A stretch of DNA of 64,000 bases from an uncultured bacterium (GCA_965372795.1 CBDVDR010000003.1:96001-160000); one strand, 5' to 3'. Shown: positions 40,039 through 50,529, numbered from the stretch's first letter. Translations and numbers: made by a program. Notes: generated by a model from the letters alone, not told the origin.

Positions 40039-40551
40039 TTAAATTGATTCCATGATTGATTCGGCTTGAATCTTCAAAGCTTTATTCATAGCAGTAAAAC
40101 CGTTTTTGGTTTTTTCCTCAATACTGCTCCAAAGAGGAAGAACCAGAAAGCCGCTAAAATATTCTCCCTGGGTAAACCTGACTTTGCTATTAGATATTGG
40201 TTCAATTTTAAAATAATGTTCACCGTCAAAAATCCCGGGTATTAAAATTCGTCCCAGCCAGCGCAATTCTGTGTTTGGGGTTGCGATCAATATTTCCGGA
40301 TTAAACTCCATTCCATCTTCACCCGCCGGTTTAATGGTTACCCTTATCTGACTGCCCTCTTTCATTTCCCCAGATATATTAGTTATAAAAGGATTCCATT
40401 TAGGATATTCATTGAAGTTAATCAAAATATTCCAAACATCTTCTGCAGAAGCATTAATCTCGATTTCACTATGTACCTCTCTTGAAGATGACACGCTCAG
40501 TAAGAAGAGGGCAAGGATAATAGATGCAACTATGATTATAAATTTTTTCAA
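40039..40551 (-). CDS. SRPBCC (START-like) domain protein
   Basis: EIEINASAEDVWNIL..YPKWNPFI..ELRWLG..FDGEHYF. Confidence 0.85.
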   Translation of the reverse strand: MKKFIIIVASIILALFLLSVSSSREVHSEIEINASAEDVWNILINFNEYPKWNPFITNISGEMKEGSQIRVTIKPAGEDGMEFNPEILIATPNTELRWLGRILIPGIFDGEHYFKIEPISNSKVRFTQGEYFSGFLVLPLWSSIEEKTKNGFTAMNKALKIQAESIMESI

Positions 40552-40755
40552 TAGAATTTCCTGACTTATAACCGCGTATAATAATTATTTTTATATATAC
40601 GGACGGAGACTGTTGATAGTTGATATTTTATATAAATTATTATTGAGGTTTTTTGATGTGAATTAAATAACTTGATATAATTGTGATATTTTCATTGATT
40701 ATGGATTAGAATTGACTATTATATAAAACGATTAACATTTAATTTTGATGAAATA

Positions 40756-43044
40756 ATGAATCAGGAAAATAGTCAAAATAAAACAGAAATTTTCATCCCG
40801 CTTAACAATGGTGATGAAGTCGCTCACTACCGAATTATAGAAAAAATTGGTGCCGGCGGGATGGGCGAAATTTATTTGGCTGAAGATACCAAACTCGACC
40901 GGAAAGTTGCGTTGAAATTTCTACCTTCATCATTAATTTCCAACAATGAAATTAAAATCCGTTTTACTCGCGAGGCAAAAGCAGTTGCAAAATTAAGCCA
41001 TCCTAACATCATTACTATTTACGATGTCGGGGAATATAAAGGGCGACCGTTTTTTGCAATGGAATATGTTGCCGGTAAAACTCTTCGTAATTTTAATGAT
41101 GATAAAATGCCACCCATAAGTTCGATAGTTGATCTGTCAATCCAGCTATGTCAGGGGCTTGCCGAAGCCCATCGTATGGGTATTGTCCATCGAGATATTA
41201 AATCTGCCAATATTATCGTAGATAAACAAAACCGATTACGTATTTTAGATTATGGTCTGGCTTCGGTTGTGGGAAGTGAAGATATAACCAAAACAGGTTC
41301 AACTCTTGGCACGGTTTCATATATGTCGCCGGAACAAGTCTCGGGTCGGTCAGTTGATAAACGGTCAGATCTATTTTCATTCGGGGTCGTATTATACGAA
41401 CTGTTGACCGGACAACTGCCGTTTAAACGGGATAATGATGGCGCAACGCTTCAGGCACTAATGCAGGAACAACCGAATCCGCTCACTCGATATAGAAGTG
41501 ACATTCCTGAAAGTCTCCAACAGATAGTATTAAAACTTCTTGAGAAAAATCTCGAAATTAGATATCAATCGGCAGAAGGCGTTATCGCTGATTTAAAAAG
41601 ATTGTTATATGATTCCCATCAATCAACCGGATCGGTGTCATTTGATAGAGCGGATAATAAATCTATTGTTGTGGTCCCGTTTTCAAATTTATCGGCTGAT
41701 GCTGATAATGAATATTTCTCAGATGGCTTAACTGAAGAAATAATAACAGACCTTTCTGGAATTAGTGATTTGCGGGTTATTTCAAGGTCATCGGCTCTTT
41801 TATTAAAGGGAACTAAAAAGGATGCACCGACAATTGGGAATGAATTGAATGTCAGATATATTTTAACCGGTTCGGTTCGAAAAGCCGGAAACAAAGTCAG
41901 GATTACTTCACAGCTGGTTGATGCGGTAACTAATCAACAGGTGTGGGCGGATAAATATAAAGGAACTCTTGAAGATATATTTGAAATTCAGGAGGAAGTT
42001 TCCCAGGCGATAGTTTCTAATCTGAATCTAAAATTAACCAGCGACGAAGAGATAAAATTGGCGGAGCGACCGATTGATGATCCCAAAGTGTATGAACTAT
42101 TTTTGAGGGCGAAACAGAAAATTCATAATTGGAATGAAGAAGATTTATATATAGCTGAAAAATATCTCAAAGAAGGTCTCAAAATCAGCGGCGACAATGC
42201 TTTGCTATTCGCCGGGCTTGCCCATGTATATTTTCAATTTGTCAACTCTGGTGTCAAACACGATGAATTTTATAAAATGGCTATTGATTATGCCAGTAAA
42301 TCATTAGCCCTTGATCCGAATTTACCTCAAGCCCATCTAATGCAGGCGTTACTGACCCAGGCTTCTGATGGCAACCAACTTGATTGCATCATTCATTTTA
42401 AAAAAGTACTGGAATTGGAACCTAATAATGCTGAGGCTCTTGGTTGGTATGCTCTTGAAAATGGGTTGATTGATAGAATCGATGAAGGTCGAAAAATAAT
42501 TAAGAAAGCAATTGCTCTATCTCCGCTATCATTAGGTTTGAAAGGTGCTTCTTCGTTTATAGAGTTAATGGGTGGAAATTTTGATAAATTTATAGAAATT
42601 GTTGAAGAAATATATGATGTAGATCATAGTATTGCCTTCAGTCATGTTCGAATGTTATTTGCCTATAGTATTGTAGGCGATCTTGATAAAGCCGAGCCCT
42701 TTGTAAAACTTTTACACGGGAAAACATTTTTTGAGCGGATTACTTTAGCTCATTATTACGGAAAAAAGAACGAGGAAGAAAAAGGGCTGGCATATATAAC
42801 AGATGAAAATTTAACCACGGCTAAACGTGATGGTCAATACTCATTATGGATGGCACTGGTTTTCGAGGCTAATAAAGAATATGAGAAAACCATTGAGTGG
42901 CTTGAAAATGCGGCTAAGAATGGATTCCTAAATTATAAGTTCCTGTCTGAATATGATGAAACTTTTAAATCCATCAGGGATACTGATCGCTTCAAAAAAC
43001 TTATCGCAAGCATGAAATCGAAACTTGCCAATTTGAATTATTAA
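40756..43044 (+). CDS. Ser/Thr protein kinase + TolB-like + TPR
   Basis: GAGGMGEI, HRDIKSAN, DYG, YMSPE; SIVVVPFSNLS..YFSDGLTEEII; TPRs. Confidence 0.9.
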   Translation: MNQENSQNKTEIFIPLNNGDEVAHYRIIEKIGAGGMGEIYLAEDTKLDRKVALKFLPSSLISNNEIKIRFTREAKAVAKLSHPNIITIYDVGEYKGRPFFAMEYVAGKTLRNFNDDKMPPISSIVDLSIQLCQGLAEAHRMGIVHRDIKSANIIVDKQNRLRILDYGLASVVGSEDITKTGSTLGTVSYMSPEQVSGRSVDKRSDLFSFGVVLYELLTGQLPFKRDNDGATLQALMQEQPNPLTRYRSDIPESLQQIVLKLLEKNLEIRYQSAEGVIADLKRLLYDSHQSTGSVSFDRADNKSIVVVPFSNLSADADNEYFSDGLTEEIITDLSGISDLRVISRSSALLLKGTKKDAPTIGNELNVRYILTGSVRKAGNKVRITSQLVDAVTNQQVWADKYKGTLEDIFEIQEEVSQAIVSNLNLKLTSDEEIKLAERPIDDPKVYELFLRAKQKIHNWNEEDLYIAEKYLKEGLKISGDNALLFAGLAHVYFQFVNSGVKHDEFYKMAIDYASKSLALDPNLPQAHLMQALLTQASDGNQLDCIIHFKKVLELEPNNAEALGWYALENGLIDRIDEGRKIIKKAIALSPLSLGLKGASSFIELMGGNFDKFIEIVEEIYDVDHSIAFSHVRMLFAYSIVGDLDKAEPFVKLLHGKTFFERITLAHYYGKKNEEEKGLAYITDENLTTAKRDGQYSLWMALVFEANKEYEKTIEWLENAAKNGFLNYKFLSEYDETFKSIRDTDRFKKLIASMKSKLANLNY

Positions 43045-43101
43045 TTTTTTTAATTCAACTATTCGCATCTATTACAATTTTAATTTAAAAAATTAGCTCA
43101 A

Positions 43102-43163
43102 GTAGGGTAAGATCCATGTGATCCTGCCAAACAAATGTTGAAACCGCAGGGGATCCAACCTAC
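43102..43163. repeat. Inverted pair of GTAG-type REP-like elements
   Basis: gtagggtaagatccatgtgatcctgcc on + and gtaggttggatcccctgcggtttcaac on -. Confidence 0.4.
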
Positions 43164-43258
43164 TCCTTAATATTTGACAAATTAGGATATTTTTGTATCT
43201 TAAATCATAATGTTTACTTCTTGATATATACAAACTTGTCGATATGCAGGGGATGCCT

Positions 43259-43369
43259 ATGCAGTCAAAATTTGCTAAATTATTTATTGTTATAATATGT
43301 GTCTTTACTTGTTCTTCGTTTGCTAAATCTGACTATAAAGACACCTTGTTTGGGGGAAAGACCTTATAA
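43259..43369 (+). pseudogene. Truncated secreted-protein gene (signal peptide stub)
   Basis: MQSKFAKLFIVIICVFTCSSFAKSDYKDTLFGGKTL* after gggg; runs into the opposite-strand res remnant. Confidence 0.4.
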
Positions 43370-43435
43370 CAAGTCAACTACGGCATTGATAGCATCTCAT
43401 TGGATATCAAGATTGGAATCGAACTTTAGCTTCAT
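43325..43435 (-). pseudogene. N-terminal remnant of type III restriction subunit (Res)
   Basis: ATG immediately after the fic stop: MKLKFDSNLDIQ*DAINAVVDLL*GLSPKQG, resembling Res N-termini (MKLKFDxNLxYQxDAIxAVVDLF.G) with two in-frame stops. Confidence 0.7.
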
Positions 43436-43879
43436 TTATGATTCATCCTCTGTGATTGCATTATAAAATTTTAGTTTAAGCTCTTCATTATCCATGTCAT
43501 CATTTATGACAGCACAGATAATCTCATGCAAGAAATCTTTCTCAATTTTCCCAGCGGCAACATGATAACTTACATTTTCCATCTCCTGAATAAATCTTCC
43601 TGCAACAAACACATATCCATTGTAAATGAGAAATTGTGCACCAAGAGCTATAGCAATTCGCTTATTACCATCTTGGAAACAATGAAAATTACATGCAGAA
43701 AAAAACAAGTGCGTTAGTTTTTCTTCAAATGTCAAATAATATTCATCATTTTGTATATGTTGTAATGCACTCTGCAGAGCGCCAGTATCAATAATACCAA
43801 GGGTCCCTCCGCCACTAACTTTAACAGTTGTTTTATGAATATCAATTGCTTGTTCAAGCGTGAGATAGACGAATGTCAC
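43436..43879 (-). CDS. Fic/Doc (death-on-curing) family protein
   Basis: HCFQDGNKR motif; start overlaps the upstream stop codon. Confidence 0.9.
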   Translation of the reverse strand: MTFVYLTLEQAIDIHKTTVKVSGGGTLGIIDTGALQSALQHIQNDEYYLTFEEKLTHLFFSACNFHCFQDGNKRIAIALGAQFLIYNGYVFVAGRFIQEMENVSYHVAAGKIEKDFLHEIICAVINDDMDNEELKLKFYNAITEDES

Positions 43880-44910
43880 TATTCACGCTCCTTGAGACGC
43901 TTGAATACTTCCTTAGATTCCTCAAGTCGATCAATGAGTTCCTTGCTCTTTTCACCAAGAAAACGCTCAAAATCAGCTGAGTCTAATGGAGTGACATAGT
44001 CTTTTAATTGTAAGTGTAAAGCATCACGGAAAGCAAGATCACGGCTCGCCATCTTGGAGCGAGCCTTTTCAACAAGTGGTTGCCAGAGTGATTGGGTCTC
44101 AAACTCATCAAAAAGCTTATCTACTTCCCATGAAGTTAGTTTACGTTTTACTCTCTTGAATGCTTCTTCTATAACTTTTGCAAAACCAAATTCATAAGAC
44201 GAAATTAAATCCAATATCTCTGAATAGAAAGTATCCCTTACATTGTCTTTTTCTTTAAGTTTGAGAATCTTTCTATATTCCTTTGCATCTTCCTTAAAAA
44301 TGCTAACATATATTTTATTTGTATAAGCGGGATATTTGAAATTACCCATATCAACATAGTCTCTCAAGGCGTCGGTAAATTCTTTGCGATAATTTTCTTC
44401 CTTGAAGTATGAGATGATAAAATCTTCATCTCGCTGATTGATATACTTAGTGCCACCACCTGTTTTTTTATTTTGTGTATCAATTACAATATCAAGGATT
44501 GCTTGGCGTAGTAGCCTTGCTCGCTCACTCTCTGTAATAAGCATGGCAAGGTTGAGAAAAGCCTTAAAGTCAAAGATCCCAAGAGCATTTATAGTGTGCA
44601 ATTTTTTGCCTACGAAATCAGTTTCGTCATCATATTGTTCTTTGACTGCTAATTTGTAGTTCTGTAAGGACTTACCTCGTAAAACCTCGTAACCATTTTG
44701 CTTTAATTCAGTTTCATACTTTGAGAGATAATTATCAATTGTTCTCGAAGTAACTCCAAAGAACTCAGCAACTTGCTCCTTAACAAGAGTTAATTTTCCT
44801 TGATATGCAACTCCTTGCAGGTTAGTAGCTTTCTTAATTTCATCAATTGCATAAGGATTATTTAGAATATTCTGGCGATCGATATCTGAATTGGTTAAAT
44901 CTTTACTCAT
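43879..44910 (-). CDS. Putative DNA-binding protein coupled to Fic/Doc
   Basis: HTH-like KEQVAEFFGVTSRTIDNYL; translationally coupled to fic. Confidence 0.75.
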   Translation of the reverse strand: MSKDLTNSDIDRQNILNNPYAIDEIKKATNLQGVAYQGKLTLVKEQVAEFFGVTSRTIDNYLSKYETELKQNGYEVLRGKSLQNYKLAVKEQYDDETDFVGKKLHTINALGIFDFKAFLNLAMLITESERARLLRQAILDIVIDTQNKKTGGGTKYINQRDEDFIISYFKEENYRKEFTDALRDYVDMGNFKYPAYTNKIYVSIFKEDAKEYRKILKLKEKDNVRDTFYSEILDLISSYEFGFAKVIEEAFKRVKRKLTSWEVDKLFDEFETQSLWQPLVEKARSKMASRDLAFRDALHLQLKDYVTPLDSADFERFLGEKSKELIDRLEESKEVFKRLKERE

Positions 44911-44911
44911 T

Positions 44912-45127
44912 TCAATCTTCCTTTATAGTCCGAAACACGATTTGTTCAGACTTCTCGCGACCTTGATTACGTGTCGCGAAAGTCTGAACAGCGTAGGCTT
45001 TAAGTTGATCATTTCCTTGAAACCATTGGTCAAGGCATATAAACTGTATTGGCTCTGCTTCTGCTATAGCGTCAATCAGCTCTTTTGTCACTTCATCTTC
45101 AAGGCAGATAAGGAGCATGCCCTTTGC
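44912..45127 (-). pseudogene. C-terminal remnant of type III R-M methyltransferase (Mod)
   Basis: AKGMLLICLEDEVTKELIDAIAEAEPIQFICLDQWFQGNDQLKAYAVQTF...IVFRTI resembles the Mod tail (F.GNDQLK.NAVQ.F..FRTV); catalytic region absent. Confidence 0.75.
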
Positions 45128-45366
45128 TCTGTTTCAGCGATTTCTTTTAAGTAATTATAAATCATAATATTTCAAAAATAAAGTTTCAAAACTTAAAAAC
45201 ATAATCAACAAATTTAAATTAAATAAGAGACTCTTATCGATTATATGTTTAGAAACGGTCCCCAACCTATCTGTCAGTAATCATAACATAATATGTCTTG
45301 TTTAAGCATTGTTATTGCATTCAATATAATTGACAAAACAGTATCAATTTTATATATATCGTCTAT

Positions 45367-46509
45367 ATGAAAAACAACCGGGCAATACATTTTTTATTAA
45401 TCACATTAGTCTCTGTACTATTATTATCTGGGATAGTATTCAGTTCCGACTCTGTCGAAACAGCCGATACTACTTCAGAATATCGTTGTGACAAACATTC
45501 CAACGACAGCACAGTTCAAGTAACCAACAGATCCGGTGAAGAACCAATCCATGTTGGAGAAACTGACGAAATTGTGCACGACCACGAAATAGTCGCTTTC
45601 GAAACAGAGGTTCCACCTCCGCCACCAACAGTAATGGATTTTCTTTCATCCGGAAAATATCTGGCATTCTTAATTCTATCAGTTGTGGCTCTTGGTCTGT
45701 TACTAAGCAACAAAGTCAATTACTGGATTCGGTTAGGTATTATATTTGTCGCCTTTGTTCTATTTGGATTAGATTATTTCTACCCCCTGCATCCCAGCCC
45801 GATGTGTGCCATTACCAAACTGTTCATGTTCAAATTTACGTGGGGAGAATTTTTCCCGGCGTTTATTGCTATGTTCGTTGCGATTTTCCTGCCAAGTTTA
45901 ATCGGTCGCAAACTTTTCTGCGGCTGGGTTTGTCCGCTGGGAGTGATGCAGGATTTGATAAACAAAATACCGTTTAAATGGCGTATCAAAAATTTCAATT
46001 TTTCACTGTTTAATTCCATTCGTGGCGCTTTGCTGTTGATGTTTGTTCTGGTTTTCTTTGGACTCAAAGATCATTTAGGCTGGCTGGCAACTGATATGAA
46101 TATTGATCCGTCCGAACAGATGTGGGTAGCCTACTCCGCTTATAGTATTTATACCCCGATCAATTTTTTTGAACTGCTCCACTGGGGATTCAATCTGACC
46201 TTTTTTATCATGTTCCCGATTTTGGTAATTGCCAGTCTGATTTTGTACCGTCCGTTTTGTTATTCAATCTGTCCAATCGGTTTTCTTACCTGGCTGGTTG
46301 AAAAAATTTCTCCCGGAAGAGTTCGTGTCGATCATTCCAAATGTAACAATTGCGGAATCTGTTATGATAAATCACCGTGCCCGACGATTAAACCGATGGT
46401 TGAAAAGGCTTCGGTTCTGCCGGATTGCACTTCGTGCGGCGAATGTTTATCGACCTGTCCCACAAATGCAATTAAGTTTGGTTTTACACCGATTAAATCA
46501 GACAACTAA
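45367..46509 (+). CDS. Membrane-bound 4Fe-4S binding protein (NapH/MauN/NosR-like)
   Basis: [50 protein letters not shown]. Confidence 0.85.
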   Translation: MKNNRAIHFLLITLVSVLLLSGIVFSSDSVETADTTSEYRCDKHSNDSTVQVTNRSGEEPIHVGETDEIVHDHEIVAFETEVPPPPPTVMDFLSSGKYLAFLILSVVALGLLLSNKVNYWIRLGIIFVAFVLFGLDYFYPLHPSPMCAITKLFMFKFTWGEFFPAFIAMFVAIFLPSLIGRKLFCGWVCPLGVMQDLINKIPFKWRIKNFNFSLFNSIRGALLLMFVLVFFGLKDHLGWLATDMNIDPSEQMWVAYSAYSIYTPINFFELLHWGFNLTFFIMFPILVIASLILYRPFCYSICPIGFLTWLVEKISPGRVRVDHSKCNNCGICYDKSPCPTIKPMVEKASVLPDCTSCGECLSTCPTNAIKFGFTPIKSDN

Positions 46510-46593
46510 GATATTATTCTTTTTTAAACTTTGATCGCAAAAATACGTCATTAATATTAGATATCTTAACAGAAATTTAATTTAGTTATTATT

Positions 46594-47763
46594 ATGAACT
46601 TTAAGAAAAAGCCCTTTCAATTTTCTGCTATAGTTGGACAGGAAAAAATAAAAACTGCCTACTTAGCAAATATTGTTAATCCTAATATTGGCGGCTTGCT
46701 AATTAGTGGTCCCAAAGGAACCGGTAAAAGTACTATTGTTCACTCGGTTGATTCAATTCTTCCAAAATACAATGCTGTCGATGGGTGCGATTTTAATTGT
46801 GATCCTGACGCTCCTCAAAAATTCTGTTCCAATTGTAATGAATTATCAGAAATTTTACCTATTAATAAGAAAATGCGAATTGTCAATCTACCCCTGAGTT
46901 GCACCGAAGATCGTCTGTTGGGCTGTGTTGATATTGAAACTCTTCTGAAAACAGGCACAAAAAAAATCCAGGTAGGAATTCTCGGTGAAGCAAACCGAAA
47001 TATTCTATATGTTGATGAAGTAAACTTACTTCCAGATCACTTAGTAGATGACATCCTTGATGCTGCTGCTTCTCCATGGAATACTATCGAGCGGGATGGA
47101 ATCTCTATTACCCATCCTGCCGAGTTTATTTTAATAGGCACAATGAATCCCGAAGAAGGGGAATTGCGACCGCAAATACTTGACCGGTTCGCACTTTGTA
47201 TAAAAGCTGAATCGATTCATGATCCTGCTCAAAGAGTTGAGATTGTCAAACGCACGCTTATGTATGAAAACAATCCTGATAAATTTATACGCAACTTTGA
47301 AAATGAAGAAGCAACTCTGAAAACTGTTATATCAAAGGCACGTAAAATTTTAAATAAAGTTATGATTGATGAGGAGTTTTTGATTGTCGTTGCCGAAGCT
47401 AATGCAAAATTAAAAGTTGATGGACAACGGCCGGATATTGTGATTGTTAAAACAGCTCAAACAATTGCTGCCCTTGATGAACGAACCATAGTTGATGAAA
47501 AAGATGTTTTATTGTCGGCAGAGTTAGCTCTGTCACATCGCACCCGTGATGGCGGGCTGCTGGAACCTCCGACACCGGATGAAATCATAGAAGCCTTTTC
47601 ACCATCTCTAAAAAAAAGAAATATCAAATCTGAGAGTTCAAAGAAAAAATTTGTAAATACTTCCGGAAGCCTTGACAAAGATGTTGATAAGTTTATTGAC
47701 AGGGAAAACTTAACCAGTTCTGAAAAAAGTGCCGACGACTCAGAAACCGAAAAAAAAAAGTAA
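46594..47763 (+). CDS. Mg/Co chelatase I-subunit-type AAA+ ATPase (0-frame product)
   Basis: FSAIVGQE, GPKGTGKST, EDRLLG, LYVDEVNLL, GTMNPEEGELRPQILDRF. Confidence 0.9.
   Translation: MNFKKKPFQFSAIVGQEKIKTAYLANIVNPNIGGLLISGPKGTGKSTIVHSVDSILPKYNAVDGCDFNCDPDAPQKFCSNCNELSEILPINKKMRIVNLPLSCTEDRLLGCVDIETLLKTGTKKIQVGILGEANRNILYVDEVNLLPDHLVDDILDAAASPWNTIERDGISITHPAEFILIGTMNPEEGELRPQILDRFALCIKAESIHDPAQRVEIVKRTLMYENNPDKFIRNFENEEATLKTVISKARKILNKVMIDEEFLIVVAEANAKLKVDGQRPDIVIVKTAQTIAALDERTIVDEKDVLLSAELALSHRTRDGGLLEPPTPDEIIEAFSPSLKKRNIKSESSKKKFVNTSGSLDKDVDKFIDRENLTSSEKSADDSETEKKK
47750..47763 (+). other. Slippery site A10G followed by TAA; -1 frameshift joins ATPase to VWA domain
   Basis: GAA AAA AAA AAG TAA; the -1 frame is open from 47724 without stops into the VWA ORF. 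Confidence 0.7.
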
Positions 47764-48827
47764 AAGAAAATTATTCCCCGACAGCAAATGATATTCGTAC
47801 TGAAGAAATTAATTATTCCACAAAATCAAAAAACAGTAAATTTGATTCAATTAAACAATCAAGTAGATCAAAACTAAATATCCCACAATCATCAATATCT
47901 GATAAAAGATTGTTTCCAACTCTTGATGATTTTTATAAAAAGACAAGAACTTCATTATATAATCTGCTCAAGCAATTACGACGTTCAAATGTTAGATCAG
48001 CTCGGGGGAGCCGGAAACGTAGTCCGGTTGTCTCGTTAAATACCGGAAGGAATATCAGAACAATTAAATATAATAAAGGGAAAAACAGTTTGGCTCCGGT
48101 ACCGACTATTGTAAAATCAATTTTGAACAACGGCTATAATATATCAAACAAGCGACTAAAAATTACAGATAATGATCTTGTCGGATGGCACCGAACCGAA
48201 TATGAAAGCCTGACTTTGGTATTGCTTGTCGATGTAAGTAAATCCACCTGGCCGTTTATTGAAGTATTCAAAGAGATACTGCAATCATTAACCGCGTATT
48301 TTGTGCGACATAATGATCGGGTTGGGATGATTTCACTGCAAGGTCTGCAGGCGCGCATCTTTAATCATCCAACTCACAATGTCAGAGTAGTAGCGCGGGG
48401 GCTGGGGAAATTAAAATTTCACGGTGAAACGCCGCTTGCTGATGGTTTACAAAAGTCATTGAATATGGCGAAAATTGAAAGAACTAAAAACCCCGGTTCA
48501 AAATGTTTGGTTATTTTGCTAAGTGATTGTTATCCCGAACCGGTTGCCCGGGGATGTGATAATCTTTTTGAGGATCCAGCTTATAAAGAATCACTCAATT
48601 CTGCTTCAATATATAAAAAAGAGGATGTTACCTTATTAGTCATCAATCCTATGTTTGAAACTGAGGATGCTAAATTACCGGGAGAAGTTCTAGCTGAAAA
48701 AATTGTAAAAGCAAGCGGCGGGAAATTGATTAAACTTATCCGCCCGCATAACCGAAGACACCTTCGCCCCACCCGTGATGAGATGGATAAAATTCTTCGA
48801 GGTATAGAAACTTCGATGAAACACTAA
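47760..48827 (+). CDS. Chelatase D-subunit-type linker + VWA domain (-1 frame continuation)
   Basis: MIDAS motif DVSKS, GETPLADGL, ILLSD; frame is open 150 nt upstream of the weak TTG at 47910. Confidence 0.8.
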   Translation, partial: VKENYSPTANDIRTEEINYSTKSKNSKFDSIKQSSRSKLNIPQSSISDKRLFPTLDDFYKKTRTSLYNLLKQLRRSNVRSARGSRKRSPVVSLNTGRNIRTIKYNKGKNSLAPVPTIVKSILNNGYNISNKRLKITDNDLVGWHRTEYESLTLVLLVDVSKSTWPFIEVFKEILQSLTAYFVRHNDRVGMISLQGLQARIFNHPTHNVRVVARGLGKLKFHGETPLADGLQKSLNMAKIERTKNPGSKCLVILLSDCYPEPVARGCDNLFEDPAYKESLNSASIYKKEDVTLLVINPMFETEDAKLPGEVLAEKIVKASGGKLIKLIRPHNRRHLRPTRDEMDKILRGIETSMKH

Positions 48828-48898
48828 TTACATTTTGTGAAGTGTGTCGATACCAAATCATAAGCATCAACTATTACTATAGATAGAAAGAACTATTA

Positions 48899-49912
48899 TC
48901 AAAAATCGTTTTGCAATACGATTCTATATCTGGCTTTACCGGCTCTCAGATGATCAATGGCATCATTGACCTTTGACATCGGAAATAGTTCGGTCTGAGT
49001 ATTTATATTGTGAAGCTTACAGAAATTTAGCATTTCCATCGTTGTTACCGGACTTCCCAACGGCGACCCCGAAATTGAACGTTGACCGCCAATTAGTGAA
49101 AAGGCTGGAATACAAACCGGTTCAAGAACGGCACCGACAAAATGAAGCCTGCCTTTCGGCTTAAGAGCATTCAAATACAAATTCCAATTCATTGTAACAT
49201 TCACCGTCACCAAAAGAAAATCCAGTGATCCGGCGATATTTTCCAAAGCCTGTTCATTACGAGATTCAATAATTTCATCGGCTCCGAATTTTTGAGCCTC
49301 TTCGGTTTTACTTAATGATGAGGTAAAGGCTGTAACATGACAACCCCATTTATTCAAAAACTGAATTGCCAGATGTCCGAGCCCTCCGATTCCAACCACG
49401 CCGACTTTATGAGTAGGTTTTACTCCAAATTGAATGATCGGATTAAAAACAGTAATTCCTCCGCAGAACAGAGGTCCGGCATTTTCAAGGCTTAATTCAT
49501 CGGGAAGCGGAATCGCCCAGCTCCAGTGACAGCGAATTTTATCTGCAAATCCGCCGTGACGACCGATGATTGTTTGTTCATTATTACTGCAAAGGTTGTG
49601 ATCACCAACAAGACAGGATTCGCATTTCATACAGCTTTTTGAAAACCAGCCCAGCCCAACCATTTGACCTAACAGTAAATTGTCAACCCGTTTACCTTTG
49701 GCAATTATTTCACCGACAACTTCATGTCCGGGAACAAGCGGGTATTGTGACACCTGCCAGGCGTTATCTATAATAGAAAGATCGCTATGACAAATCCCGC
49801 AATAATAAATCTTTAGCTCTACTTCTTCATCACCAAGCTGTCCGGGATCATACTCAAACGGTTCTAATTTACTGCCTTCACTTAAAACGGCATAGGCTTT
49901 GATAGTATTCAT
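48899..49912 (-). CDS. ahr: Zn-dependent NAD(P)H aldehyde reductase / alcohol dehydrogenase (Ahr/YjgB-like)
   Basis: CGICHSD, PGHEVVG, CMKCESC..C, GIGGLGH, ARYRIVL. Confidence 0.85.
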   Translation of the reverse strand: MNTIKAYAVLSEGSKLEPFEYDPGQLGDEEVELKIYYCGICHSDLSIIDNAWQVSQYPLVPGHEVVGEIIAKGKRVDNLLLGQMVGLGWFSKSCMKCESCLVGDHNLCSNNEQTIIGRHGGFADKIRCHWSWAIPLPDELSLENAGPLFCGGITVFNPIIQFGVKPTHKVGVVGIGGLGHLAIQFLNKWGCHVTAFTSSLSKTEEAQKFGADEIIESRNEQALENIAGSLDFLLVTVNVTMNWNLYLNALKPKGRLHFVGAVLEPVCIPAFSLIGGQRSISGSPLGSPVTTMEMLNFCKLHNINTQTELFPMSKVNDAIDHLRAGKARYRIVLQNDF

Positions 49913-50086
49913 TATTAGCTCCTGATTATTTGATGACTGCTTTATTCAAAATATAACCTGAAACAGAAAGGTCAACTGTTTCTTTCTATTAATACGGATT
50001 ATCGGGTACATTATTTAAAGCAAAATTATATTTTTATCAAATGGTATAATTGCTAATGTGACTTTATTATTTTATACTATATATAT

Positions 50087-50197
50087 ATGACCAAGCCAAC
50101 TAAACTTTTTAATAAAAATTTTATACTTATCTGGCAGGGTCAATTTGTCAGTTCCCGGCTGCGCCATCTGACAATGCCGTTGGATATTAAAATATAA
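50087..50197 (+). pseudogene. N-terminal stub of an MFS transporter
   Basis: MTKPTKLFNKNFILIWQGQFVS then diverges and stops; resembles the DHA3-type MFS first helix. Confidence 0.55.
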
Positions 50198-50202
50198 CTG
50201 CT

Positions 50203-50529
50203 CTACCACATGGATGAATCATAATCATCTTCCGGCGGAGTATCCTCAAATTGAGACTTCTTCTTTTTAATGGTTTCAACTCGAACTAATTGAATTGTCT
50301 CTTTTACTGATGAATTAGGTCGTAAAGGTAAATTAAAACGATTCTGTACTTTCATAATGTGATTGCGGATCTCTTCTGTTGCCCGACAGCTCTCAATATC
50401 GTCAGCAAACTCTTGATAGTCTTCAATATTCTCAGGCAACAACAAATCCCAAATATCCTTTGAAATGCCCGTCAAATATTTCAGAAGTTTAGGATAATTT
50501 TTTAATTCCTCAGCAATTTTATTTTCCAT
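50203..50529 (-). CDS. Hypothetical protein
   Basis: ORF with gagg upstream of ATG 50529; no motif recognised. Confidence 0.55.
   Translation of the reverse strand: MENKIAEELKNYPKLLKYLTGISKDIWDLLLPENIEDYQEFADDIESCRATEEIRNHIMKVQNRFNLPLRPNSSVKETIQLVRVETIKKKKSQFEDTPPEDDYDSSMW

Noticed and set aside
41248..41256. DYG instead of DFG in the second kinase
   Set aside because: Conservative substitution with all other catalytic motifs intact.
43325..43435. In-frame TGA in the res fragment considered as selenocysteine or stop readthrough
   Set aside because: A TAA follows 11 codons later and similarity ends shortly after, so it is ordinary pseudogene decay.
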